DNA of 54,615 nucleotides, filler included, from Bipalium vagum (Eukaryota): the NCBI GenBank assembly GCA_037834085.1. It is 3 parts of 3 records of this genome, joined end to end, with 100 filler letters (N's around TTAATTAATTAA, not from the genome) between each part and the next. Parts side by side here need not be neighbours in the genome. Positions count along the whole stretch, not along the records: positions 1 to 15,892 come from JBBMKC010139479.1; positions 15,993 to 38,561 come from JBBMKC010218130.1; 1 more part is not named here. One strand, written 5' to 3'. The notes under the pieces were generated by a model, which was not told the DNA's origin, searched no databases, and was given only the letters and a program-made list of their open reading frames with translations. Shown piece after piece: positions 11,415 to 24,469 of the stretch (positions are counted from its first letter, which is position 1; the number at the start of each line of letters is the position of its first letter). The position numbers were made by a program, and so were the translations under genes.

Positions 11415-12638
11415 CTATGCATTAGCAGTCTTCATCTTTTGGCCCAGTGATTTCAGGTCGTTCAAGCATTGTGTAAGAATGACCTTCTCATGTTGGGGCG
11501 AAAAATCTTTGATCACAGAATCCACGATCCAATTTATCATATATGTCCTTTGGAAACGTTGTTTTGACAATTCCTTTTCCACTTGATAATCCTAAAAATA
11601 TTCAAAGACGGTTTTCAAATAAACGAAGTCCCAAGGGTAAAAAATCAATGACAAAAGAGATGACTAACAAGTCGACTTTTTACGGCCTTGTGCACGTCTT
11701 GGATTCGATTGCGATAAACATTCTCCAACTGTAAACCGATATTTTCCTTGGTCGCCTGAAACAAATCGATATTGACATCGGCACATTTCTTATCTTCTGT
11801 GGCTATATCAATCATTTTGTTGGCGATACTCGTATAGATGATCGGATCTCGCTGAGTCGTGTACCAGATTTTACGCTTTAAAACGCGTTAATAACCCAAT
11901 AAGAATAAAATTGGTTGAAAATGCTTTGCTTACATCGACTCCTTTTCGAAAAATTTCGCTGAGTATTGGTCCTGCATAACGATGCAGTATCAAAAACACA
12001 ATGACTGCAGCTGGTACCTCAACGAAGTAATGATCGACTACCCAATATTCTTTCTGTATTAAAAAAAGAATGCCACCCCAGAAGAATAAATAGGGACCTG
12101 AAAATTGATGTTTTAATCACAAATCTAAAATATTGAGATATTTTAAGTTAAGGTAAAAATTAAATAATTATATAAAACCACTTAGTTTTTTTTAACATTA
12201 CCTGTTACGCCAGTTTTATGATAGAGAGCAGTAAACCATTCATCGGGTATAAAGCCCATTCGTACCTTTGGATGATAATCAGGTAAAGTCAACATTGGAT
12301 AATTAACTAAATCTCTCTCTTTCCCGTAATAAATATCATATTTTTCCTTCCATCTTTTGCATTTTTGTTCAATGATCTTAATTAATTATTAAAATTATAT
12401 GACCAAAGGCTTTTAAAATAATTAACTTCTCTTATTGACGACGTAGCTTTTATTTTATTTTCCAATATATTTTTTGAAATTTGTTTACTTTTATCCACTG
12501 TATTCTCACTAGCTGGTAACGACGACGTGGAAGCAAATCTTAAAGGCAACCTCCGGAATAGGCAAGTTTGTAATAAACCTATACAAAAATATTATTTTGA
12601 AAAAATATAGTACAGTTTAAACCAGATAACTTCATCAT
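11415..12638 (-). CDS. ATP5PB: Mitochondrial ATP synthase F0 subunit b. Exons: ~12614/12623-12638, 12427-12578, 12202-12376, 11934-12097, 11669-11875, 11415-11591
   Basis: The spliced translation contains [60 protein letters not shown] and MINWIVDSV..CLNDLKSL. All junctions are GT-AG and phase-compatible. The first mini-exon (MMKLSG) and its donor are less certain. Confidence 0.95.
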
Positions 12639-12879
12639 TCGAAATATGAAAACATAAATAAACCTAGTTTTATTTGTTTAAACAAATTTTTAAAAACAAT
12701 TATAATTAAAACTTATTAAATATTGAATTCTTGGATTATGCTATATATATTGTTTTAAATAGTTTACCATAGTACTGAATTTCCAATTTATTCAAGAATC
12801 TTTATCTTAGTTTAAAAAGTCATTTAAAAAGTATTACATAATTTATAAATATAATATATAAACTATTTAATACAATATA

Positions 12880-13126
12880 CAGTTGAGTCTCGATATAACG
12901 AACCTGTGTGAAACAAATGGTTGGCCGCACATCATATATATACAAATTAAACTTTGATACAGCAAATTTTGATATAACGAAAGTTTCGATATAACGAAAT
13001 TTTATGAAACATTTAAATTTACGAATTTTAAATTTACATAATATGTATACTTCAATTTAACGAAACTTTGACATAACGAAGTAATTTGATCGGTCCCTTG
13101 AAATTCGTTATATCGAGACTGAACTG
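12880..13126. mobile_element. pogo/Tigger-like MITE
   Basis: TIRs CAGTTGAGTCTCGATATAACGAA / TTCGTTATATCGAGACTGAACTG, with TA on both sides and internal (cg)atataacgaa repeats. Confidence 0.9.
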
Positions 13127-13137
13127 TATATTGCACA

Positions 13138-14293
13138 GGTAAAAGTGGACTTTAGGGGTCCTTGTTATTTCAATATAATTTAATGATTTTTTATTGATTA
13201 TTATTATTATGTATAAATAAATATATATTTAAAATATATATGTAAAATTAATATAACCGGACGACCACGAACTTTAACAATCATTGTGGATAATATATTA
13301 GAATATAAGGATTTTCGTGCTGAAAGGTATGATCTAAAGTAACATGATATCTACATTTATTAAGGTATGATATCAACACAACAGCAAAAATTGATGCCAT
13401 TCCTTGGTTAGCCCAAAGAAATTTAATCAAGAAGTCCATGGAATGTGCAAAATGTTTCCAACTTTGTACTTTAGTTATAGACAACAAAAAGCTAGATGGA
13501 TTCAGATTGTGATGCAGAATTCACCAAATCAATATGGGATGGCATTTTTTTTACAAGATCTCACCTTTCATTATCAACAATAATAAGAATTATTTATATG
13601 TGGACAAAACGCTATCCGGACCATATAATTATTGATGAATTAAAAGTTGATAAGAAAACAGTAGACTGGAAAAACTTTATGGAAGGACAATAGAGCAGAA
13701 CCCTTATGTGGAATTTTAAATGATAGTGAATTTGCGTCATTGCGAAATAGATGAATCTGCACTTGCAACCGAAAATATCAGATGTAGGAAAACGAATGCA
13801 AGATGGATATTTGGAGGTGTTGGAAGGCATTTACGCCGTATATTTTTAGAAGTAGTAAAGTTGCGGGATGAAGATACCCTACTACCTCTGATTTATAAAT
13901 GGATTTCGTCTGGAACTTGTGTATATAAATCTTGAGGGAAAATCTTCCGGAAAGTATCAACATAATTTTGTTGATCCTTGTGATCAGAGTATACATACCC
14001 AAAATATTGAGAATGTATGAAGATAATAAAGCACCATATTCATCATCATCGGAGTAGTGGTGCTTTATTAAAATCATACCTATCCGAGGCAGTGTTCCGA
14101 TCAAATCTAAAAAATGATGCTTTGTGTCGATTTTGTATAAAATTATTTTTGATTACAAATTGTAAAAAAAATATTTCTTACTTTTTAATTAGGTTTTATT
14201 TACATATAAAAATTTATATTTCCAACTATTATTTAAATATTTTATCGATAAAAAATCATTAAAAATAACAAGGACTCCTAGAGTCGATTTAGC
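13138..14293 (+). mobile_element. Merlin (IS1595/IS1016-like) DNA transposon, decayed, both ends present
   Basis: Motifs EIDESAL, WIFGGVGR..IFLEVVKLRDEDTLLPLI and NFVDP..HTQNIE. Imperfect ~30-bp TIRs GGTAAAAGTGGACTTTAGGGGTCCTTGTTATT / AATAACAAGGACTCCTAGAGTCGATTTAGC. Flanks ttgcaca / ttgctca resemble a decayed TSD. Confidence 0.88.
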
Positions 14294-14712
14294 TTGCTCA
14301 CCAAAACTAAATCATTTGAATCAAGATTTTCTGCTATCTAAAGAAAATTATTCCTATAAAATAAATCTTTTCTGAATGTTAAAGACTAATAACAATCGGA
14401 TATTCGTTCAAAATTATTTCATTTCGCAAATATTATGCCTTTATACAATTTACTAGAAAATACTTCTACTTTGCAAATAAAACGATTCAATAAAATCTCA
14501 AGCTTTAGAAAGGTCAATCAAAAATATTTATTGTAACAACATAATATTTAACGCGATAAGATAACATTGTTTAAGCACTCAAAGATTTACATTCTTAAAT
14601 TATTAGTGACATGTTCTAAGCTTGAGTCAAAAAAATTAATTAACTAAAACGAAAGAAAACTAAGTCATAAAGGCTTTATTTAACAGATGACCAATATTAA
14701 TACGAGTTAAAA

Positions 14713-15058
14713 CTAAGCTGTTTGTGATTGTGTTTCAGTAATAACATTTTCATCAATATCGGTTCGAGGTCGCCTAAATAAAATTATGTGCGGTTCAGGT
14801 TCATGGATCATATAATGAATCCATCCAACAGACTGTTGAATTCCAATGTTTCGCCATTCTCTTTCAGACATTAATCGTTGTTTAGGCACCAACTTAGTCA
14901 ATTCAGGAGGCAAATGGACATGTCTAATATTATATATATAATGATTTTAAAAAAACCACTTTCATTATTAAATTTATACTGATAAAAATTTATAATTACC
15001 TATATTCATAAGTATCATCATAGTATTTGTCCGAATAATATATATTTTTATTAGACAT
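14713..15058 (-). CDS. CKS1: Cyclin-dependent kinases regulatory subunit (Cks1/Suc1). Exons 15000-15058 and 14713-14923
   Basis: Spliced protein [73 protein letters not shown] 76-bp GT-AG intron splits the Arg codon. Confidence 0.97.
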
Positions 15059-15892
15059 TTGCAGTATCTTTCACACAGTAAATTTAAAAAGTTAATCAAT
15101 AAAACAAATATTTAAATTTAACTAGTTAAAATGATTTATTTAGTATTACAGTTCTCAGTCTGTTTTTATAAAATCGAGTGAACATATAAATCTGAATTAA
15201 ATTTTAAAAATCTTTTATAAATTAAATAAAATAAATATTATAATATAAAATTTCTAAAAATGATATGTTTAAGATATTGAATAATTGAATTGATTAGAAC
15301 AGTTTAGTCATTAAAAATATGATTACTTCAATTTTAATAAATAATAATTCAGAGCTTCCAATTTAAATTAAAATTCTAAACCTTTAAAAAAATATTTATT
15401 ATTATCAAGTTAGATATAAAAATAAAACTTATACTTTAAAACTGTATATATAGTGAAAATAGGAACACTAAGATAAGTCATAAATAGTGCACTGTATTAT
15501 TTGTTATATACATATTATAATGTTACTATGACATAATTTTATTATTAATAATCTAATAATAACAAATAAAATAAAAAAGGACAAATCTCATTTTGTAACT
15601 GTGTTAAGATCCTAAGATGATGGATAAAAAGGATGTTAAAGGCCGGAGCGTAAAAGTCTCTCAGGTCTTAACGGTTGAAGGTTGCGTTTGTGCGTGTTCG
15701 TTTAATTGAAATTCACCGAGAAAACGAATTTTGATTTAATACTTTTATTTGAATCGATATCAAAATATACAATGAATGAGACAATTCTGACCGATTTCTT
15801 TTGTTTTTATTATCCAAATGATTTTATTAATTATAATTATTATTTATAAAAATCCTCTCGCTCTTAGGCTCAGAGGTCCTCGATAAAGAGAA

Positions 15893-15992
15893 NNNNNNNN
15901 NNNNNNNNNNNNNNNNNNNNNNNNNNNNNNNNNNNNTTAATTAATTAANNNNNNNNNNNNNNNNNNNNNNNNNNNNNNNNNNNNNNNNNNNN
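15893..15992. other. Artificial 100-bp scaffolding spacer
   Basis: 44 N + TTAATTAATTAA (stops in all six frames) + 44 N. An identical structure occurs at 38562-38661. Confidence 0.95.
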
Positions 15993-16167
15993 TATTTTCT
16001 AAAAATAACTTTATTTACAAATGATTTTTGCGATGTTTAGAAATCCTATAAATGTTTGGCCTTAAGAAATAATTTAATTTTTCTTTAATTTATTTGTTTA
16101 TTTTCTTTAAATAATATTGTTCTATCGTATTGCTGTTGGTATATTAATAGGATTCTTATTATTTTTA

Positions 16168-16169
<2 letters not shown>

Positions 16170-16228
<59 letters not shown>
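16170..16228. repeat. (TTA)n microsatellite
   Basis: Uninterrupted trinucleotide run. Confidence 0.95.
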
Positions 16229-17049
16229 TTGATCGATAATAAACAATCCAAATGAATAATAATAAACAATCCAAAGTCCTCTGTAGCTAAAAGATTTTTG
16301 ACCCTTGCTATCGCAAAATTGATGAACTTACCTTATATATTTCAAATTACGTAAAGATAATTATTGTAAAAAAAATATTTAATTTTGATATTAATAATAA
16401 TAGTAATAATAAAAAAATAAGAAATAAAAATAATAATAATAAAATAATGATAATAAATACCTGCTGTAATATAAATAGTCTTTTTTGAATTTGTTATAAT
16501 TAATCAAATTAATCATTTAATAAATATTATGTTAAATTGCTCAGTTTTTAAATTTTAAAGAGCCTATTTAATATTTAACATAATAAATAATATAAATAAT
16601 AAATAAATTTCCAGACGATACCAACATTAAATGATTTACATGATGTTTTTTTCAATGAAGAAAGTGCGTACTATTTTCAATAAATAATAATAAATTATTA
16701 AATATCGATCGATCCTGCTCATACTGTAACATTCCAGTGATAATAAAAATACATGAACAAAGATTTAAATGTCCAATAAAAATTAGCGAAAAAGAAAAGA
16801 TTCTGTGTTTACAAATCACAAATTATAATATTTGACATTCTTTTTTGTGTCATATTTGAGTTTATATTGTATATCTCACACATGTTCCCTACTAAATAAA
16901 TCTAATGAATATGCTGACCAGGTTTTTGTGCCCACTCCTGATTTTTGCCAAAAACTTTACTGTTATGCTGATGCTATGCGATCTCACATTACCCTGTTGA
17001 AAACTACTGAATAGAAGTTTTTCATTAATGAAAATAATACGGGTCTCAG

Positions 17050-17790
17050 GATTTCATCGATGTATCGGAAATCATTCAAATTATCTCTGATAAATAAAAA
17101 GTGTAACCGGAATCGAAACCATTTGATACTACAATACCATAATTCTAAGTAACTTCCTTGTTACTTGGTAGCATCAAGCTAACAATTATTTCGATTGTTG
17201 TCGGTGTAGGGGTTACTTTGGAAGGTTTTTGTTCTGATAATTGAAATTGCGCTGGGTGGAATTTGCTCTTTATTTAAGGACCATGCGACCACATTTGTTG
17301 TGAGTTGTTATAGAAGCTGTTCTTAAACTGTAAAGCAGCAGAAACTGATTGAAGACTAAATTGATTTAAAACAGTAATTGATGTTTTAAAGCCTGTTATA
17401 ATTGAGACATTATAATGTTCAAAAATTCATATTGGAAATTGACTTTTGAAACTGTTAAGTAATCCCTCTGACTGTTTATATCAAGGATTTTCTTTGGGCC
17501 TTTTTGGAACTCGTAGACTTTCAGGATCGAAAAAGACCCGAGTAGTCCACAGAGAGGTTTGAGTTGAAGTTAGCTGGTAAATACCTATTCAAGAAACTAA
17601 TCAATATATTCATTGCAATAATTTTTTTAATTTCATTTGACAAGGGAGTCGGGACTGGTGATTTAAGACATTTGGATGTTTTACCGGGTTTTTTAGACAT
17701 TGAAAAGACATTTCGGTTGTGTTATAACGTGAATGGTTATTAATTTTATCGATCGACTCGAAATAAATGGGATACTTAGGAAAATATAGC
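17050..17790 (-). mobile_element. Possible highly decayed BEL/Pao gag-protease fragment
   Basis: Weak motifs only: TRVFFDPESLR resembles the protease LFDxGSQ motif, with a downstream DSGY..SE segment. Many stops. Confidence 0.3.
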
Positions 17791-17827
17791 TATTAATGAA
17801 ATTAATTTTAAAAGTTAAATCTATATA

Positions 17828-18214
17828 CTAGGCTGTCCCATTTGCTATGTTACCTTTATTCAACAAAATTTCAAACGTACAAAAATGTTGAATGTTCTAA
17901 ACCACCCCGACACAGTCATTTTGTTGGTAGTACCCTCACCTTTAACTGCACAGATTTTGATTGCAGTTGCTTGCGCCATTAAATCTTCATTCCAGAAGAA
18001 CCTAATTACTGCACTAAAGGACATTTTTGCATCCATGTTATGAAATAAAATTACCGCAATTATTGATATATTGAAATAAAATCAATGTGATATTCGCATC
18101 TCCGCTAAAAAAAACTTGAAATGTTAATTATATTTGCTTTGCAGAACGAGTGTCAAAAAAACAATCAATAAATAATGATGGTGATAAAGTAACACAACTT
18201 ATGGGACACCCTAA
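17828..18214. mobile_element. Internally deleted mariner/Tc1-superfamily element
   Basis: Imperfect TIRs CTAGGCTGTCCCATTTGCTATGTTACCTTT / AAAGTAACACAACTTATGGGACACCCTAA flanked by TA. Confidence 0.7.
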
Positions 18215-19949
18215 TATAAGAATAAACCGTATTCGATATTTTTGAAACAAAATCTTTATTTTCATTGGCTATTAAATTTTGTTAAATATTCTACTTTGAA
18301 ATGTAAATAAAACCTTTTGCAATGTACAGAAAAATTTCTTTACAAAAGAAACGATGCAGAAAGATTTCATTTCATTTCATAAAATCCTGTCTAATGTTCT
18401 TCCATTATTTCAAAATGTCATCTTTTGCTGAAAATTTATATTTTGATAAAGTTTTAATCAAAATCGAATCAAATCATCGTTTTAAACAAAAATATTTGGA
18501 AACCATTTTTCAGAAAGTAAATTAAATATATTTGGGTTCATAGCATTCCCTTCTCATGTATCCTGAATGATCAGTAGTGCAGTCTCGTATAACCATCCAG
18601 GTTCATAACTGTTCTGTTATCTTTAAAAAATTTGTGAAAAAAATTAAGAAAATTAAAAAAGAAAAATGAAGCGGCGCCCTTCTAACTACAACAGTTTTTC
18701 ATTTGAAAAACTGTTATTAACAAGTCGCGGCTTATAACGGAAAGATGGTATCAGTCGTTATAAATTTTGGCGGATTTTGTACAACTTTTATAAAAGTCGT
18801 AAAATTAACTAAAGTCAATTCTGCCCCGATTTTGATTTGTTTAAAAAAAAAAAAGAAGAAATTCTCATTTCATCAAACTTGAAATTAAATGTGTTGAAGT
18901 CGTATTGATTTGAAAATATCGATTTCTGTTTTCCACTTCCTCTTGAAACCCTCAAAATATTAATGGCAAATTTTTCCTAATCAAATCAATTTTAAAATTA
19001 ATTTCGGATTTCATTTTTCTCTCCAAAAAATTTTTAACTTTTTTGTCCATTTTAAGATTAATTTTTTTAATTAAAATATTTTGAGAAATAATAAAAAATG
19101 AAAATGATTTATTTATTCCATTTATTACGCATTATCAATATTTACTTTCATTGTGTAAATTCAATGTTAAGATTAATCAGGCACAGTTTTATGTAAATTC
19201 AGAATGAAATTCTGTAGAAGCAAATTTAAGTAAAATTACATAAAATTTTAATTAATTTAAAATTAAGAAAAATTAAGAATAATTAAATTAAAATTTTAAA
19301 AAATTATTAAAATTAAAATTAAGAAATATTAAATTAAAAATAAATTTAGATATATTTTTAAAAATTATTTATTTGTTTTTAAAAAAATTATACTTAAATA
19401 TTTGAAATGTAATTTTGATCTATTTATTTATTGCGCTGTCTAACAGTGTTTATTTAAACAAAACACATTTCTAAACCTATATAAACTTACATAAGATATT
19501 CCGATATTTAAGAAAAATTTTTATTTTTACTTTATTAAAAATAAAACTAACGTTATTGATTTTTTTAATTTTAGATCAGAACTCAAGCGCCTTCCTAATA
19601 AATAAAGTCAGTTGTAATTATATCATTTATTTTTTATAGAAACATTGTGTTAACTTTAATATTTGAGTGGGTTTTGATATTTATTCAATAAGCAGTGGAT
19701 ACAAAACCCGAGTTTTAAAGAATTAACTTACATTTTGTACAAGTTAAAAAAATTAAGTTATTAAACTTCAAAAAATTTAAATAAATATATAAACACAATT
19801 TTGTTTTAACTGTACTGTGGGCCAAAATTATCCTCTCCTCCACTTAGGAAAACTTCTTTTTTTTTAAAAAACCCAATAATTTGAAATTTACAATGCCGAT
19901 AAAGTTAACCTTGGTAGAAACAAACATACATTTTTTAAAAAAATATTTA

Positions 19950-20340
19950 ATCATAACATTTCCATTAGTAGCATGTATGACAACCATTCTTGTCACCACA
20001 TTCCGCAATTCGGCGTGGCAAACTGTCGAACAAAGACTTGACTGTTTAAAAAGGAATTAAGTTCCACTGCTCTTTCAATCGATATTTTAAAGATTCCAGG
20101 GAGGCAAGTGGTTCATTTGCAATCTACTGCCAATTACATCCCCCAAATTTTTTATTAATATAATGGAAAGATCCGGAGATCGCGAAAGCCATGGAATAGT
20201 TTGATTTTATTTATTTAAAGCACATGTAAACTTTACAAATATGAGAGCGTGCGTTGTCAGGTGAGTATTATTATAATTTTTCTAGCAGGATTGGTAAATG
20301 GGTCTAAATTCCTATTTTATTCCCAGAAGCATATTCTCCG
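19950..20340 (-). mobile_element. Tc1/mariner transposase remnant
   Basis: Minus-strand IPWLSRSPDLS (WPxxSPDL motif) at ~20165-20200. Confidence 0.6.
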
Positions 20341-20479
20341 GACATTGTCATTTACCTAAGTATATGGCGTTGCTAAATTACAAATCGGTATTTTTAATCT
20401 AAAAGAATTACGAGGATTTGTAAATAAATGAAAATCTTGTCCGTAGAAAACCGCATATTTCTTGTAAAGCTGTTCTACA

Positions 20480-20972
20480 AGAAATTGAATGTAGAAGTCT
20501 TTGAGAGTGTAAAACAGCACGGGATATCATGACACTTGCCTGATCGTCAGACACTCAGTGCGCTGATTACAAAAATTTGAGAAATGTAGGACCATTCATG
20601 ATCTATCAAGAAATGGGCGAAAAATGCAAAAATAAGAATCATTATTAAAGAATTCCCAATGACATGGCCTGTATTCACCCCTGATCTCTCACCTTGTGAT
20701 TTCCGGTTGTTGAACGCTGTGAAGGAGGAGATGTGTGATGATCCTTTACCTACTATTCTGTTTGAAATGAAACAAAAAATCAAAGACGCATTTGAAAATA
20801 TTCAAACTGAAAATCTACCCTCTGTGATATTGAGTGTTATAAAGAGAATGACTGTTTTTATTGATGTTAACAGGATACATGTCAATAAATTTACTTCTGG
20901 CTTCTTATATATTATTTTGCTTATTTACAAATAGAAAAATACGATGGTATTTTAATTTCAAATGACCCGGTT
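20480..20972 (+). mobile_element. Tc1/mariner transposase C-terminal remnant
   Basis: TWPVFTPDLSPCDFRLLNAVKEEM..EMKQKIKDAFENI..SVIKRM matches the WPxxSPDLxPxDF tail. Confidence 0.8.
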
Positions 20973-22139
20973 CATAGACATTTCTTCTTTTGAATAAATA
21001 TTTTAAAAACAATCTTTTTACAAAAAAATTGTAAATTTAAAAAACGCTAAGAAATGTGAAGTTCCAAAATCGTTCTAAATCATTTCCACTAGGGTGATGC
21101 AAAAGTTCGTGCTCAAAAAAATGTATAAAGAAATTTTAGATTCCAAATAAAATTTTGCTGTTATGTTCAAAATTTAATAGGTACACTTTATATTTAAAAT
21201 GTATAATTTTATTTAAGTAACAATTGATTATTTGTTTAAATATTGAAATATTGACGGTAAGGTTTTGAATTTCAATAAATAATTTTTTTCAAATCTTGTG
21301 ATTAAGATCACTTCTGGAAAATGTGAGATAAGAGTGTTGTTAATTAAAAATTTAATTTTTATAAAATAAAATAATATTGTTTTTTCCTACAAAAAATTGA
21401 AACAAAATCCATAATTTTAATTATCAGTTTGCCCATCGATTGATTAAAAATTTCTTTCATAAAAACAGTAATAAGAGAAATATGCCGAAATACATCCATT
21501 TTAGATTTAATAAAAATGATTAGGAAAAATGGAAAATCCAAATTAAAAATAATTTGGAGATCATTTATGATATATTGGGATTCTGGGGGCTTTTTTTCCA
21601 ACGGTAATTTTGCATAAATTTTTTCAATTTTATTTCCAATTATTTTCATTATGAAATTGAAATTTTAATCAATTTTTTCACATCCACTAAATTAATAAAA
21701 ATCCTCATTTAATTAATTTCAATTTTTCGTTCCAGATATTAAATGTTTAATCAAGGAGTAATCGTTACCAGTACGACATTAAATAAACTATTTTTTCACT
21801 GTTTCCGTAATTGAATCGAAACCCGGGCAATGAGGTGGTTTTCATTTTCATTTTTCAAGTATTTTTTGTTTAAATAAGCGAGGTTTAAATTACACTAAAA
21901 TTGATATTAAAAAATTTTTAATTATATATTTTTGTTTTAATTTTCGAGAATATTTGTTTTCGTTTATGAATATTTTCTATATTTTTAACGATGTACTTAT
22001 TTTATTTAAGTATTATCATTCCGCTCAAATATGAAAATGAAATGGCTGGATATTAAAAAAAATATGAAAATTTTATTGTTTATATTTGTCAAATGACAAA
22101 TGCAATTTTGACATTTCTCAATGTGTTCGAATCTGACAT

Positions 22140-22930
22140 TTCTATTAAGTTGAGTCATATATGATTTCTTTTTTGGATGTTTTGACTTGTTATCTCTTAA
22201 ATATCTGGTAGTCTTTTATCGCCTTGGATCCTGAATTTTTACATCAGTGAGTTCCATCTTCCTTCACTTTAGCGACTTTACCATTGTCCATCACTCTACT
22301 CTTATACCCGTCTTAGGTCTATGGTTTCCCAAGGTCAATTGATACGCCGGTGACTGAAAGTTTTTGAAAAATTCAATTTTTCTTAGGTAGGACAACAGCC
22401 TTTACACTAGTAGCGCAGCCATCAATAAATAGTCACCAATCCGTAATGACATTAAAACGTTATCCTATGTTTGATAAGCAAACTGGTAATATCTCGACAA
22501 TAAACAAATCCATGCAGTTCACTTTTTTTATAACATACTGCTTATCTCTTCCTTTAAGCCTGTAAAATCAGTTTCCATAATCCTTAGAGATAACCCGAGT
22601 TTACCACTAAAGGCATCAATTGATGTTGCCTGATTTCATTGCTATCATAATTGTTATCATCATACGTTTAAAAATCACTAGTCACATCAGATATTTCACT
22701 TTTATTATAATGGACCATTGTATTATCATCCTTATTTTATGATGTCAAATCTGGACGTTTAATATGATTCGCTGATCTCTTTTAAATCCCCACACCTTTG
22801 GTTTTCAAAAATAGCAAAAGTGATAATGGTTTTTTTATTCCCTCTAATCCAAAGATGTACTGAACCTCTAATTTTTAGGGACAAATACTCACCACAAATG
22901 TAACAGAAACAATTTTGGTCATTCATGCCT
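22140..22930 (-). mobile_element. Chapaev3-type transposase N-terminal/core remnant
   Basis: Minus-strand NHYHFCYF (NHxDCYFC), KLGLSL, GFVYCRDITSLL and DW*LFIDGCATSVKAVVL (WRLFIDSSKxSLKAVLL). Confidence 0.75.
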
Positions 22931-23183
22931 CACCGGCGTGCCATTTCGTTTAAATTAACTCAATATTCGATTACTGTAAACATTTTTTAATTGGTATTGA
23001 TTATTATTATTTACCATAAATACGAAAAAAACCTAAGAAAATCATTATCTCAAAAACCAGACGTGCAAGACTATTGAAAGTTGACAATGTTGTGATCAGT
23101 GTGTCGACGTGCATCATAAAATGTTTATGTCATCTCAGTATAAATTTGGACCCCGGGGCACTTATTAAATAATTAATGATAAG

Positions 23184-24221
23184 TTGAGGATACCTAGTAA
23201 ATCATATTTGGTTGATTGTGTTCCATTGACAGCCCCACCGAATAGCCAAAGTGTAATTCATATTATTGATGATACAATGAAATGTATGGGAATTGGAAAA
23301 GATAATTTCTCACTCTTGCTCAGTGATGCAGCAAAATATATGACTTCGACAAGTAAGACATTGCACGTATTGTACCCGAATCTTTTCCATGTCACTTGCA
23401 TTGCTCACTCCATGCATAATTGCGTCATGAAGGTTTGAACTTATTATGAAAATGTTGACAATTTAATATGGCTACTGTTAAAAACAAGGTAAGATTGAAC
23501 AATTTCATAAATATTGGATATCCACCAGATACCATTGTAACACGATGGGAAAGCTGGACAAATGCAGCGTTATATTACTCTAAACATTTTCCTGAGATTA
23601 AAAAATAGTTGAAAATTGGTCTGGGAATGGTGTTTTGGTAAAGCAAGAACCAATGGCACTAAAATGCAAGAAATTAATGTCTTCATTAATTGAATTTCAG
23701 GAATACTATAGTTCAATATCTTTATTAATTCAAAAGTTTGAGGACAGACATTACTCGATTACTGAAACAAGGGATTATCTTAATTAAATTAACTTTTATA
23801 AGGATCCATGTGAAATTGAAAAATATCTAAATGTAAGAATTCAGAAAAATGATTTTAGCTAGATTATTAACAACCCAAGACCAGATATATCTTCACAAAA
23901 TTATGTTTTATTGAAGCAATGCCAGTGCGTACATCAGATGTTGAAAGAAGCTTTTCCATGTTGAGAAATATGCTGTCGAATAAAAGAAATTTTAAACCTG
24001 CAAATGTTGCATACAACCAATTGTATTGATGTTGATAATTATTAAAAATTACTTACGATTACATGTTACATTATTTCCACAACTTATTGTTTAATATGGC
24101 TTGTATTTAAAAGTCAATAAAGTCAATTTCAATAGTTTTTATAGGTCAATTCCCGTCATTTTATGTGTCAAAATATTAGGTTAATTTTTATAATCTTTAG
24201 GTCAAATTTTTTGGGGCCCTA
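23184..24221 (+). mobile_element. hAT-related (DUF659-type) transposon, 3' part
   Basis: Motifs LLLSDAAKYM..LYPNLFHVTCIAHSMHNC, PPDTIVTRWESW..AALYY and TSDVERSFSMLRNML. Terminus ..ttggggcccta with subterminal aagtcaat repeats. Confidence 0.88.
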
Positions 24222-24469
24222 ATGATAACAATTCTAAAAAACACTTAGATTCTCATATCACATTTCTCCAACTTATCCGTTATATTTACCAATTATCCGC
24301 ATTCAGCAAGAATTTCTCCCATCGATTTAAACAAGAAATACATTTATTTAACAATCACCAGAAATAAAATTTAATTATTAATTACATCGAAATTCAAATG
24401 GATCGAAAATAAATGAAAAATCACAGTAGTAAAAAATGTCAGAAAATTAAAACTGGAATTGAATTTCCG

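Noticed and set aside
15937-15948. Palindromic TTAATTAATTAA island between N runs (also 38606-38617)
   Set aside because: The identical 44N-12-44N layout totals 100 bp and has stops in six frames. It is an assembly linker, not biology.
21359-21649. 96-aa ORF
   Set aside because: Low-complexity I/K/F-rich translation typical of AT-rich DNA, with no motif or supported splice structure.
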